Positions 1 through 8,876 of a stretch of DNA of 35,861 bases are shown here, one piece after another. The translations under genes were made by a program, and so were the position numbers. The stretch lies in the NCBI GenBank assembly GCA_046757165.1, contig JBHHXT010000030.1, forward strand, positions 1 to 35,861, given 5' to 3'. Every line of letters begins with the position of its first letter. Position 1 is the first letter of the stretch. Below the pieces are notes generated by a model. The model saw only the letters and a list, made by a program, of their open reading frames with translations, was not told the origin of the DNA and did no database searches. The DNA is from a bacterium. Its GTDB lineage: Bacteria; Zhuqueibacterota; Zhuqueibacteria; Oceanimicrobiales; Oceanimicrobiaceae.

Positions 1-239
1 CTAATTTTTAAAGTATAATAACAACTGCTGTTTCATTTTCGGATAGTGTTCCGATCCTACCGCGATCCGAGATCCACGAATTTTCCACAGTGCGGTGCTG
101 GCTCGGCCACTTACATTCTGGTAATTCATCCCCGAGCGAACTTCAATCACATCAGCGATCCGAGCGCCAGGGTCGCCAAAGGCTTTATGGTTGAACACTG
201 GCATTGGAGCATTCAAAATGTTCAGCAGGAGTTCCGCTG

Positions 240-1637
240 TTATCTCCGCAGCTCGATACGGTACTTTTGCAGCTTGCGGTAGAGGGTGGTCCTGCCAATG
301 CCCAGTTCGATGGCGGCGTTGGACATGTTGTAGTTGGTTAACCTGAGCGCCTGCACCAGCACCTCACGCTCTAGCTCTTTCAAGGGCGTAATGGTGTTGG
401 TTAGGGGGACGACCTTCTTGAGGTCGATGAAGCTGTCGCCATTGCTGAAGTCTTCCTTGAAGGAGGTGATGGTGATCGGCAAATGCTCAGGTGAGAGCAC
501 ACCGGTGCCGGAATTGAGAAAGGAACGCTCCAAGACATTTTCGAGCTCGCGCACGTTGCCCGGCCAGTCATAGTTGATGAGATAATCCATTGTGCGCGGC
601 AGAATGGCTTTGATCTTCCTGCGATACTCCTTATTGAACTTGTCCATGAAAAAGGCCGCCAGGATCGGAATGTCATCTTTGCGTTGCCGCAGAGGTGGAA
701 CCACTATCGGGTAGACGCTGATGCGGTAGTACAGGTCCTCACGGAAGTTGCCCTTGTCCATGTCGTTCTCGAGATTCCGGTTGGTGGCGGAGATCAAGCG
801 CACGTCAACTTGCACCAGGTCGGAGCCGCCAACCCGCTGAAATTGCCGCTCCTGCAAGACGCGCAGGATCTTGACCTGAGTAGACGGGGCCATCTCACCG
901 ATTTCATCCAGGAAAAGCGTCCCGCCGTTGGCTTGCTCGAACTTCCCGATCCGACGTGAGATCGCGCCCGTAAACGCGCCCTTTTCGTGGCCGAACAATT
1001 CACTTTCGAGCAGGTTCTCAGGGATGGCGGCGCAGTTGACGGCAACAAACGGCTTATTCTTGCGCGGCCCGCTGAAGTGGATCGCACGTGCGAGCAGCTC
1101 CTTACCGGTGCCACTCTCGCCGCGAATGGAGACGGTGACGTCGGTATCCACGACTCTTTCAAGACAGGCAAACACCTCGCGCATTTTCTTGCTCTTGCCA
1201 ACGACATGCTCATATCCAACCTTATTACGCAATTGTCCCTTCAGTTTTCTGACCTCATGGCGAAGCTCCCTGGTGATCAGGGCATTCTTGATGGCAATTT
1301 CCAGCTTCTCCCATTCAATCGGTTTCGAAAAATAATCGTAGGCGCCCAGCTTCATGGCTTCAACAACCGCATGCACCTCGGTGTTGGCAGTCAGGATAAT
1401 CACCGGCAAACCAGGATCGATTCTTTGAATCCGTTTCATCGTCTCAATTCCGCTGATGAGCGGCATGATCAGATCCAGAATCACCAGATCAAACTGCCGA
1501 ATGCTGAGCATTTGCAAGGCTTCATACCCGGAACAGGAGGTGAAAACGTCGTATCGGTTTCGAGCCAGGATTTCGCTCAGGGTTCGCACAAAATCAAGCT
1601 CATCATCTACAGCCAAAATCGAGGCTCGCTTCGCCAT
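240..1637 (-). CDS. Sigma54-dependent response regulator (NtrC/AtoC family: REC-AAA+-Fis HTH)
   Basis: N-terminal receiver (VDDE, DLIMP, KP), Walker A GESGTGKE, GAFTGA loop, FLDEIGE, WPGNVREL, C-terminal AAIELGIGRTTLYRKL HTH. Confidence 0.95.
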   Translation of the reverse strand: MAKRASILAVDDELDFVRTLSEILARNRYDVFTSCSGYEALQMLSIRQFDLVILDLIMPLISGIETMKRIQRIDPGLPVIILTANTEVHAVVEAMKLGAYDYFSKPIEWEKLEIAIKNALITRELRHEVRKLKGQLRNKVGYEHVVGKSKKMREVFACLERVVDTDVTVSIRGESGTGKELLARAIHFSGPRKNKPFVAVNCAAIPENLLESELFGHEKGAFTGAISRRIGKFEQANGGTLFLDEIGEMAPSTQVKILRVLQERQFQRVGGSDLVQVDVRLISATNRNLENDMDKGNFREDLYYRISVYPIVVPPLRQRKDDIPILAAFFMDKFNKEYRRKIKAILPRTMDYLINYDWPGNVRELENVLERSFLNSGTGVLSPEHLPITITSFKEDFSNGDSFIDLKKVVPLTNTITPLKELEREVLVQALRLTNYNMSNAAIELGIGRTTLYRKLQKYRIELRR

Positions 1638-1691
1638 GATGACACATCCCTTTTCTTGACGTTAACCTATCCAAGACGATTTGCTGTAGAT

Positions 1692-1718
1692 ATATCGACC
1701 AGTCGGGTGGTTTTATTA
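1692..1718 (-). promoter_or_regulatory. Sigma28 (FliA/WhiG)-like promoter upstream of the NtrC-type gene
   Basis: Minus strand TAAT-N15-GTCGATAT versus consensus TAAA-N15-GCCGATAA; same arrangement at 3542-3568. Confidence 0.55.
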
Positions 1719-1778
1719 GTTTAAGCCTAAAGTTTTGAAGGTCTTAATTTAGATCGGCAGGGCGCTCGTCTGGATCCG

Positions 1779-2003
1779 TTACCGACGTTCAGGATTCAGG
1801 TCCACCCCGGCAGGCGACTCCTCATGCCGGAGTTTCTCGAGGAAATGAAAAAGTTGCTGCCCCTCCGGCCGATCGTCACATGAGAGGTGGAGACCAACCT
1901 TGGCAACAATGTCAAAAGACCGCTCGACGAGTCGCCCGGGCGTCACCTGCGCGTCCGAGGTCCAATAATCTCCCCAGTCTGATTTTTTCAGGTACTTAAC
2001 CAT
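1779..2003 (-). CDS. Small hypothetical protein (74 aa)
   Basis: ATG overlaps the 3' end of the receiver gene by 8 nt and the ORF fills the gap; no recognisable motif. Confidence 0.4.
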   Translation of the reverse strand: MVKYLKKSDWGDYWTSDAQVTPGRLVERSFDIVAKVGLHLSCDDRPEGQQLFHFLEKLRHEESPAGVDLNPERR

Positions 2004-2385
2004 GATTGAGCTCAGCGCTGGACTTCAGGTACTTGTCCACGAGTTTGAGCAGGGTGCCCTTCTGGTCGGACTTGTAGACATATTCGTCCGCCCCGATTTC
2101 CAGACCGAGCGCCTCATGACGCCTGCTCTCTCGTGAGGTCAACATGATGATGGGAATGTCCTTGAACTTTGAATCGAATTTTAGCAGACGGCTGACTTTA
2201 AAGCCATCCATCTTCGGGAGAAGAGTATCAAGGATGATCAGGTCAGGAGTCAGTTCACGCGCCATCTTGAGCCCTTCAGCACCATCATGTGCGCAAATGA
2301 CATCATAGCCCAGCGCTTCCAACCGCATCGTCAGAATTTCAACGATATTGAGATAGTCCTCAACAATCAAAATCTTCTTTCTCAT
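1996..2385 (-). CDS. Single-domain response regulator (receiver only)
   Basis: KKILIVED, PDLIILD, PKMDGF, PIIMLTS, GADEYVYK. Confidence 0.92.
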   Translation of the reverse strand: MRKKILIVEDYLNIVEILTMRLEALGYDVICAHDGAEGLKMARELTPDLIILDTLLPKMDGFKVSRLLKFDSKFKDIPIIMLTSRESRRHEALGLEIGADEYVYKSDQKGTLLKLVDKYLKSSAELNHG

Positions 2386-2480
2386 TTCTAGACCGGAATT
2401 GTGAAGTAAAAAGTGCTGCCGGCACCAGGCGCTGACTCCCGCGGTTTTCTTATCAGGCGCAACCCTGGCAAGGCAGCGAA

Positions 2481-3254
2481 TTAGAGATCGCGAACAAGTT
2501 CAAAATAATAGGTAAAAGGCGTTGGTCCGAAATAAATCAGGATAACCGCGCCTAAAGAAATGAAGGGGCCAAAGGGCAGCTTGCTGCCGGAATGCAACTT
2601 TTTCATGCTGAACCCAACAGCAATCACGGGTACGGCCAAGAAGAATGCCAGCACAAGGGCGACCACGACTTTTGGCCCCAGAAACACCCCAATCATGGCG
2701 CCCAACTTCACATCTCCTGCCCCCATCCCCTCTCGCTCGAACAAGAACGCTCCCAACAGTCGCACCAGGAACAGAAACCCGCCTCCCAAGATGAGACCGA
2801 GCATTGCTTGCAAGGGCGCAACATGGCCGACGACGAATGACAACAGCAAACCGGCCAACATACCCGGGAACGTGAGAATGTTCAAGATCAGGTTCGTATC
2901 CAGGTCGATGAAGCTGATGGGGAGCAAAAACAGGATCAAGATGGAATAATGCAAGAACGACAGGCTGAAGCCACAGTGCCACAAGACTGCGACCAGAAGG
3001 CCGCCGGTCAAGATCTCCACCAACGGGGAGGTCACGGGAATGGGAGAGTGACAGGTGCTGCATTTGCCGCCAAGAAAAATGTAACTCAAGACGGGCACGT
3101 TTTCGCGCAGGGGAATCGGATGCTTGCATTGCCGGCAGTGCGAACGCGGCCACAACACAGACTCTCCGCGAGGCAGTCGGCAAATACAGACGTTCAGGAA
3201 GCTGCCAAGAAGGGTTCCAAAGAAGAAAAGGACTGCCAAATAAAAGAAGAACAC
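2481..3254 (-). CDS. pilD: Prepilin peptidase / N-methyltransferase (A24)
   Basis: GSFLNV..RLP, SHCRQC and GKCSTC zinc motifs, FIDLD, GMGAGDVKL, LPFGPFI; GTG start. Confidence 0.93.
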   Translation of the reverse strand: MFFFYLAVLFFFGTLLGSFLNVCICRLPRGESVLWPRSHCRQCKHPIPLRENVPVLSYIFLGGKCSTCHSPIPVTSPLVEILTGGLLVAVLWHCGFSLSFLHYSILILFLLPISFIDLDTNLILNILTFPGMLAGLLLSFVVGHVAPLQAMLGLILGGGFLFLVRLLGAFLFEREGMGAGDVKLGAMIGVFLGPKVVVALVLAFFLAVPVIAVGFSMKKLHSGSKLPFGPFISLGAVILIYFGPTPFTYYFELVRDL

Positions 3255-3264
3255 CTTGCCCCCG

Positions 3265-3507
3265 CTACTGTTTCAACCCTCTGACACGCTGGACGGCGCT
3301 GTTCAACGTATATCCTTGATCCAAAAAATCTTTGATCTGTCGCAATACCTCAAAATCCTTGTTCGAATATCGCTTGAACTCGCGCGATCCCATGGAAATC
3401 ATCCTGGGCGTCACAATTCCCTTGAGCTCCCAGTAGTAAAGCTGTCTTAAGCTGATGTTTAACTTTCGGGTGACTTCAGAACTACTCAACCACATGCTGT
3501 TTTCCAT
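3265..3507 (-). CDS. Short MerR-type HTH DNA-binding protein with no effector domain
   Basis: EVTRKLNISLRQLYYWE..G.....R.Y...D...LRQIKDFLDQGYTL pattern; 80 aa. Confidence 0.85.
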   Translation of the reverse strand: MENSMWLSSSEVTRKLNISLRQLYYWELKGIVTPRMISMGSREFKRYSNKDFEVLRQIKDFLDQGYTLNSAVQRVRGLKQ

Positions 3508-3541
3508 GTTCTGTTCTCAAATACGCCCCTTCTACAGATGT

Positions 3542-3568
3542 ACATCGGCAATCACACATTAAACATTA
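3542..3568 (-). promoter_or_regulatory. Sigma28 (FliA/WhiG)-like promoter upstream of the merR-like/pilD cluster
   Basis: Minus strand TAAT-N15-GCCGATGT; -10 element about 35 nt upstream of the ATG at 3507. Confidence 0.6.
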
Positions 3569-3569
3569 G

Positions 3570-3640
3570 TGATTGCTGATTGCTGATCTTAATTCGAGAG
3601 ACGCGACAGAGCTCTGGTAACAGGAGCAATCAGGAATCAG
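3570..3640. repeat. Inverted heptamer array (TGATTGC x2 ... AGCAATC/AGGAATC)
   Basis: TGATTGCTGATTGCTGAT at 3570-3587 is complementary to AGCAATCAGGAATCAG at 3625-3640. Confidence 0.55.
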
Positions 3641-3785
3641 AATACAGAGGTCCGGCGAGAATCTGGCAGAATTGAGGGCAAGGCGGACGGTCAGGATTGC
3701 ATGCCTTGACCTGAAGAAACCACTGCGTAGTCATTGTTGAGAGATGGATTGTGGAAGATGCTGGCTTTTGACTAAGGATTCCGAA

Positions 3786-3944
3786 TGTCATGCCCGCGAA
3801 CGCGGGCATCCATATGCCAAATCAAGGTACTGTTGTTAACTAGATTGGGGTTGTCCAAAAAGGCCGCGTTTGCTGTCATTCCCGAGAAAGCGAGGATCTA
3901 TAACTTATTGATTTCTATGGATTCCTGCTTTCGCAGGAATGACA
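3786..3944. repeat. Three REP-like palindromes of the TGTCATTCCCGCGAAAGCGGGAATCCA type
   Basis: Copies at 3786-3812 and 3874-3900 (forward) and 3918-3944 (reverse); the last two form an inverted pair directly after the smc stop. Confidence 0.8.
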
Positions 3945-3949
3945 AATCA

Positions 3950-6900
3950 TTAAGCGGCAGCCAACCCTTCCATATCTCTGAAATTCACAGACACCACTTT
4001 CGACACACCATCCTCTTCCATTGTGACCCCGTAGAGACAGTCAGCCGCCCGCATCGTCAACTTGTTGTGCGTGACAACCAGGAACTGGGTGTTTTGGGAG
4101 AATTCGCGTATCGCCCTGACAAAGCGTCCGATATTGGCATCATCAAGCGGGGCATCGACCTCGTCCAGGATGCAAAAAGGACTTGGTTTGACTAGGTAAA
4201 TGGCAAACAGCAAGGAAATGGCGGTTAGGGCCTTCTCACCGCCGGACAGAAGGGTCAAGGCTGAAACGCGTCTCCCTTTCGGGTCGGCTTCGATCACAAT
4301 ATCCGCTTCCAGGGGATCCGTTTCATCCTCGAGTTGCAACCTGGCCTGGCCATGCTCGAAGAAACCAGCAAACACACGGGAGAAATTGCACTTGATCTCA
4401 TCGAACACTTTTTCAAACTGCGCGCGCGCCGTCTGGTTGATGACCCGGATGGTCTGGCTGAGATTTTTTTCTGCCTCCACCAGGTCATCTCTTTGCGACA
4501 CAAGAAAATCCAGCCGTGCCTTTTCTTTCTCATATTCCTTCAGGGCCAGTAGATTGACCGGCCCCATCGCATTTAGTCTTTCCTTGTGGCGCGTGATCGA
4601 ATGCCCCAGGGCTTGCGTATCCAGCTCCTCCGCAATGGGCGTTGGTAGGATTTCGACCTCATACTCTTCCTCGATTCGGTCCTTGATCTTTTCTGCGTTC
4701 ATGCGCAGCTCGGACACCCGCAGCTCCATGCTGTGCAAGGTCTCCGAGACCCTATCGCGTTCATCACGAATTTCCTTGATGACCTTCTCCTTGCTCTGCA
4801 GTTCATTTCTGTCCTTCATGAACTTCTGCTCGAGCTCATGGACTTGTGCTTCGAGCGTCTGGTGCTCGTCAAAATCGACCTCGATGGCGCTCTTATTCTC
4901 GCCGATGCGCTTTTCGATCTCCCCATATTCGAGTATCGATGATTCTATCTCGCGGTCGAGGCGAGCCAGGGATTCCTGCATCTCGCGCCTGAATTCGTTC
5001 AGTCTGGAGATGTTCTCCTGTAAATGCCGCTCTTCGCCTTTTAGATCGACGAGGTTTACGCGGCTGTCTTGCGTGATGTCGCGCTGCGCTTTGATCTCCT
5101 CCTCCATTTGCAGCAATTGTTCGGAGACTTTTTCAAGCTCCACCTCGAACTGGCCTTTGTTGTCCACCAGAAGTTTCAACGAGGGTGAGAGGTCCTCAAA
5201 TTTCGAAGTCAATTCCTTCTCGTTCGTCATCTGCTCCCGGTGCTCTTTCTGTAATCGGTCTCGAAGCTCCGCATCTTTCCTGGCTTCGAATTCCAGATTC
5301 GCGAGCTGCACCTCAACCTCGGTCAGGCGCGAATTCGCCGCCTTGACCAGTCCTGTTAATTCCTGCTCTCTTTGGCTCGCCTCCTGAACCTGCTGCTCGA
5401 TCCTGGTGCGCTCAGCTTCGTTCTCATCCAGGCGGGCAAACGTTTTGCTCAAATTGATCTCGAGCTCTTCCACCAGCGCTTTTCTGCCGATGATCGCCGC
5501 CTGAGAGGATTCGCTCGACCCTCCTTTGATCGGCCCCCAGGTTGAGACGATCTCTCCGTTCAACGTTATCAAGTTGAGGTGCTTGTCGCGCCAGCTATCC
5601 GCATATCCCCGCGCTGTTTTCAGATCGTCCACGATCAAATATTCGTTCAACAATGACTTGACGAGAGGCCGGAATTGGTTGTCGCAGTTGACCAGGTTGT
5701 AGGCCCAGCCGATGACGCCCTCTAGTTTCAGAATCTCGCTATTCTGGCTGCCATTTCTATCGGAGGCGCCTCTGGCAAATTTGTCCAGGGGGAAGAACGT
5801 GACCGCCCCTTTGTCATCTGACTTCAAAATCTCGATACATTCCAGGGCCTGATCGGTCGCCTCTACGATGAGCGACACGGATGCGTCCCCCATTGCCGTT
5901 TCGACCGCCCGGCGATAGGTGGTATCAACTGTCAGGTTCTCCGCCAACGTGCCTTTGCAACCGCCGTTGAGATGCCCCTGCAAAAGCAGATGCTGCACGC
6001 CCTCGGGGTGGTCTTCATAAGACTCGATGAATTTTTTCAACAGCTCGATTCTCTCTTTGAGAGTTTGCACCTCCCCCCTGCGTTGCATGATGCGCTCCCG
6101 GGCTTCATCCTTCGCATTGGAGAGCTTTTGCACCCGGTTCTGGACTGAAGTAAGCTCATCGTTGAGCCTTCGCAATTCTGACTCGACCGTCGTCTTTTGC
6201 TCCGCAAACCGGTCGACCTTCTCCTGGCGAATCCTGGCAAGCAGCTTGCTCTCCTCCAGCTCACGATTGATCGCTGTGATGCGTTCATTGATGTTCTCGA
6301 GCTGAGTCTTGATGCGTTCTTCGTCTTTCTTGCTATCTGTCATCCCTTCCACAGCTTGCAGGCGCTGATTCTCGATCGTTTTCATCTGCTCGTTTTTCTC
6401 ATGCACGCGTCTTTCCATTTTGTTCAGCGTTGCATCTTTCTCCTGAAAATCGGTCTCAGCGACGCGTATTTTCTCGAACAAGCCTTGCAGTGTTTCTTTT
6501 GCAGCGGCAATCTCCGTTCGGGTTTTCTGGAGCCGGGCCACGATTTCATCGCGGTCGCGCTCCAGCTTGACTTTCGCATCCTCGAGCGCTTTTCGTCGCT
6601 CTCGGCCGACGAGAATATCTTCCTCTTTCTTTTGAATGCGCACCGAGACCGCATTCAACTCCTTTTGCTGCTCGCTCAATTTCCGCTCTGATTCCAGTAA
6701 CTGCCGGCGTGCCTCTTCAAGCTCTGCCTCCTTCTCGTCGAACCTGGCAGTGAGCGTGACACGGCTGTCCTGCGTTTCGCGCACACTTTGCGTGAGCGGC
6801 TCCAGCTCTAACCGGATGTGTGAGAATTGGTAGGTCGCCAGGTTGATTTCGCTCTCCTGCAACTGCTGCCGCAGTTCCTGGTACCTCTGTGCTTTACGCA

Positions 6901-7525
6901 CCTGCCTGTGCAGCGAGGCCACGCTCTTCTCTACCTCGCTGATAATGTCGTTCACACGCACGAGATCCGCTTCAGTTGCCTCCAGTTTCCGAAACGCTTG
7001 CCGACGCCGGATTTTGTATTTGGTCACGCCGGCCGCTTCTTCGAGGATGCGGCGTCGCTCCTCAGGCCGGCCACTCAGGATACTCTCCACCATGCTCAGC
7101 TCGATGATCGAGTAGGCATTTGGCCCCATGCCGGTGTCCAGGAATAGATTCTGGATGTCTTTCAAGCGGCACGGGGTGTTGTTGAGCAAGTACTGGCTCT
7201 CCAGCGAACGAAAGAGCCGCCGCGTGATCACCACTTCCGAGTACTCGATGGGCAAAATATTTTTTGTGTTCTGGATGGTCAAGGAGACCTCGGCCATGCC
7301 CACCGGCTTCACTTTGTTGGTGCCGTTGAAGATCACGTTTTCCATCTTCTCACTGCGAATCATGCCAGCTTTCTGCTCCCCCAACACCCAGCGGATGGCG
7401 TCGACCGTGTTGCTCTTACCACAACCGTTTGGCCCGACAATCGCCGTGATCCCGTCATTGAACAGAAACTTGGTTTTCCTGGCGAACGATTTAAATCCGT
7501 TTATTTTCAGACTCTCGAGATACAC
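3950..7525 (-). CDS. smc: Chromosome segregation protein SMC
   Basis: GFKSF, GPNGCGKSN, long coiled coils with hinge, LSGGEK, CILDEVDAPLD, VTH; 1191 aa; GTG start. Confidence 0.97.
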   Translation of the reverse strand: MYLESLKINGFKSFARKTKFLFNDGITAIVGPNGCGKSNTVDAIRWVLGEQKAGMIRSEKMENVIFNGTNKVKPVGMAEVSLTIQNTKNILPIEYSEVVITRRLFRSLESQYLLNNTPCRLKDIQNLFLDTGMGPNAYSIIELSMVESILSGRPEERRRILEEAAGVTKYKIRRRQAFRKLEATEADLVRVNDIISEVEKSVASLHRQVRKAQRYQELRQQLQESEINLATYQFSHIRLELEPLTQSVRETQDSRVTLTARFDEKEAELEEARRQLLESERKLSEQQKELNAVSVRIQKKEEDILVGRERRKALEDAKVKLERDRDEIVARLQKTRTEIAAAKETLQGLFEKIRVAETDFQEKDATLNKMERRVHEKNEQMKTIENQRLQAVEGMTDSKKDEERIKTQLENINERITAINRELEESKLLARIRQEKVDRFAEQKTTVESELRRLNDELTSVQNRVQKLSNAKDEARERIMQRRGEVQTLKERIELLKKFIESYEDHPEGVQHLLLQGHLNGGCKGTLAENLTVDTTYRRAVETAMGDASVSLIVEATDQALECIEILKSDDKGAVTFFPLDKFARGASDRNGSQNSEILKLEGVIGWAYNLVNCDNQFRPLVKSLLNEYLIVDDLKTARGYADSWRDKHLNLITLNGEIVSTWGPIKGGSSESSQAAIIGRKALVEELEINLSKTFARLDENEAERTRIEQQVQEASQREQELTGLVKAANSRLTEVEVQLANLEFEARKDAELRDRLQKEHREQMTNEKELTSKFEDLSPSLKLLVDNKGQFEVELEKVSEQLLQMEEEIKAQRDITQDSRVNLVDLKGEERHLQENISRLNEFRREMQESLARLDREIESSILEYGEIEKRIGENKSAIEVDFDEHQTLEAQVHELEQKFMKDRNELQSKEKVIKEIRDERDRVSETLHSMELRVSELRMNAEKIKDRIEEEYEVEILPTPIAEELDTQALGHSITRHKERLNAMGPVNLLALKEYEKEKARLDFLVSQRDDLVEAEKNLSQTIRVINQTARAQFEKVFDEIKCNFSRVFAGFFEHGQARLQLEDETDPLEADIVIEADPKGRRVSALTLLSGGEKALTAISLLFAIYLVKPSPFCILDEVDAPLDDANIGRFVRAIREFSQNTQFLVVTHNKLTMRAADCLYGVTMEEDGVSKVVSVNFRDMEGLAAA

Positions 7526-7658
7526 GTCGTGCCTCTTTCAGTTTGTTTTCGTCTTTTATTTGAGCATCTTCTGCAATGGGCTGCGGCAAGCATGGCAAGC
7601 GAGAACATACTATATACAGTATACTTAGACAAGAATAATACCATATAGGGTTGGTGTG

Positions 7659-7687
7659 AATATAATCCAAACATCTCACAAAGTCAA
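7659..7687 (-). promoter_or_regulatory. Sigma70-type promoter for smc
   Basis: Minus strand TTGACT-N17-TATATT. Confidence 0.6.
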
Positions 7688-7788
7688 GCTGTTTTTTGTA
7701 ATTGTTTCACAAGTGTTGAGCTTCTCAAGCAAGAGCTACACAATCGAAGCATGGCTCAGGCCAGGAGGAGCCAACCTTCTACCATTGC

Positions 7789-7817
7789 TTGACTCTTATA
7801 CGCAGCACCGTTAAATT
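7789..7817 (+). promoter_or_regulatory. Sigma70-type promoter for the AEC transporter
   Basis: TTGACT-N17-TAAATT about 40 nt upstream of the ATG. Confidence 0.5.
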
Positions 7818-7856
7818 GCGACTTTCAATTTACAAATTCATAAGAATGAGTATCTC

Positions 7857-8795
7857 ATGGTCATGAGCGTCTTCAACGCAATCGCGCCAGTCTTCGTCAT
7901 CATCGCCCTGGGGGCCGCCCTTCAGAGGTTCAACTTTCTTAGCGAGGAGCAGGTCAACGGCCTCGGCCGGTTGGTCTATTGGGTCGGGCTGCCAAGCCTG
8001 TTGTTTTACAAGATTGCGACCGCAACCTATACGGGCGGCGCGGCGGGCAAGATATTTCTGCTGGTCGTGCTGAGCATGCTCGCCGGTATCGTGATCAGCT
8101 ATTTGCTGGTGTGGCTCTTGCATCTGCCATCGCAATCCGTGGGCGCTTTTGTGCAGGCGGCCTTCCGTGGTAATCTCGCCTTTATTGGCCTGCCCGTGGT
8201 CGTGTACGCTTCCTCAGGCCCGTTTGTGACGGAACCCAACGTCGAAACACTGGCGGTGCTCGTCCTGGCACCGATCGTTCCGGTTTACAATATCTTCTCT
8301 GTTCTCGTGTTGCTCGTAGGGAGGAAAAGATTGCAGATGCGGACGCTCAAGCGTCTCGCTCTGCAGATTGTCACCAATCCCCTGGTTCTGGGCTCTGCTG
8401 CGGGCTTGGTGGTTTCGCTTACGGCATTACAGCTTCCCCCCTCGCTGGAAAGAACCACTCATGCCATCGGCCAGATGTCGCTACCGCTGGCGCTGCTCAC
8501 GATTGGCGGCTCGCTTACGACCGTGCAACTGCGGGGCAGCCTGAAATATGGCCTCATTGCCGCCCTGATCAAAGTCGCGGTCACCCCACTCATCGGCTTC
8601 CTGCTTTTACGCGCAAGCGGATTGGGCCCCCTCGAGTCCAAACTTGCGCTCATTTATCTCGCCTGCCCAACGGCAGCGTCCTCCTACGTATTGGCCGAGC
8701 AACTGGAGGGGGACAGAGCCACAGCCGCCAGCGCGGTGGTGATCAGTACGCTTCTGGCGACAATTTCGTTGAGCGTGGCAGTGGCAATGCGATAG
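7857..8795 (+). CDS. AEC (auxin efflux carrier) family transporter
   Basis: About 10 hydrophobic segments, VGLPSLLF, RGNLAFIGLP, NPLV, PLALLTIG, CPTAASSY. Confidence 0.9.
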   Translation: MVMSVFNAIAPVFVIIALGAALQRFNFLSEEQVNGLGRLVYWVGLPSLLFYKIATATYTGGAAGKIFLLVVLSMLAGIVISYLLVWLLHLPSQSVGAFVQAAFRGNLAFIGLPVVVYASSGPFVTEPNVETLAVLVLAPIVPVYNIFSVLVLLVGRKRLQMRTLKRLALQIVTNPLVLGSAAGLVVSLTALQLPPSLERTTHAIGQMSLPLALLTIGGSLTTVQLRGSLKYGLIAALIKVAVTPLIGFLLLRASGLGPLESKLALIYLACPTAASSYVLAEQLEGDRATAASAVVISTLLATISLSVAVAMR

Positions 8796-8876
8796 CAATC
8801 TCATCAAAACGTCCTGGAGCTTGCACGGTAGCCCGGGCCTGTGCATTGACGGAGAGCCAAGAATCTCTTCAGCGCC

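Noticed and set aside
1..282. ORFs 1..216 (-) and 46..282 (+)
   Set aside because: No motifs or clear SD; one overlaps the NtrC-type gene antisense. More likely intergenic sequence at the window edge.
1751..1777. Third GCCGAT sigma28-like -10 element
   Set aside because: No TAAW at the 15-nt spacing (reads GGAT).
2415..2477. Possible hammerhead ribozyme (CUGAUAAG..AAAC on the minus strand)
   Set aside because: The core is not CUGANGA, and there is no stem II between the core segments.
3570..3944. Repeats as a CRISPR array
   Set aside because: Copies are in mixed orientation, degenerate and irregularly spaced, with no cas genes nearby.
3785..4195. 136-aa + strand ORF
   Set aside because: It is translated REP sequence plus the antisense of the smc 3' end.
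3950..7525. smc as a Wadjet/MksB-type defence SMC
   Set aside because: Canonical full-length Smc with no jet/mks neighbours; unlinked scpAB is common.
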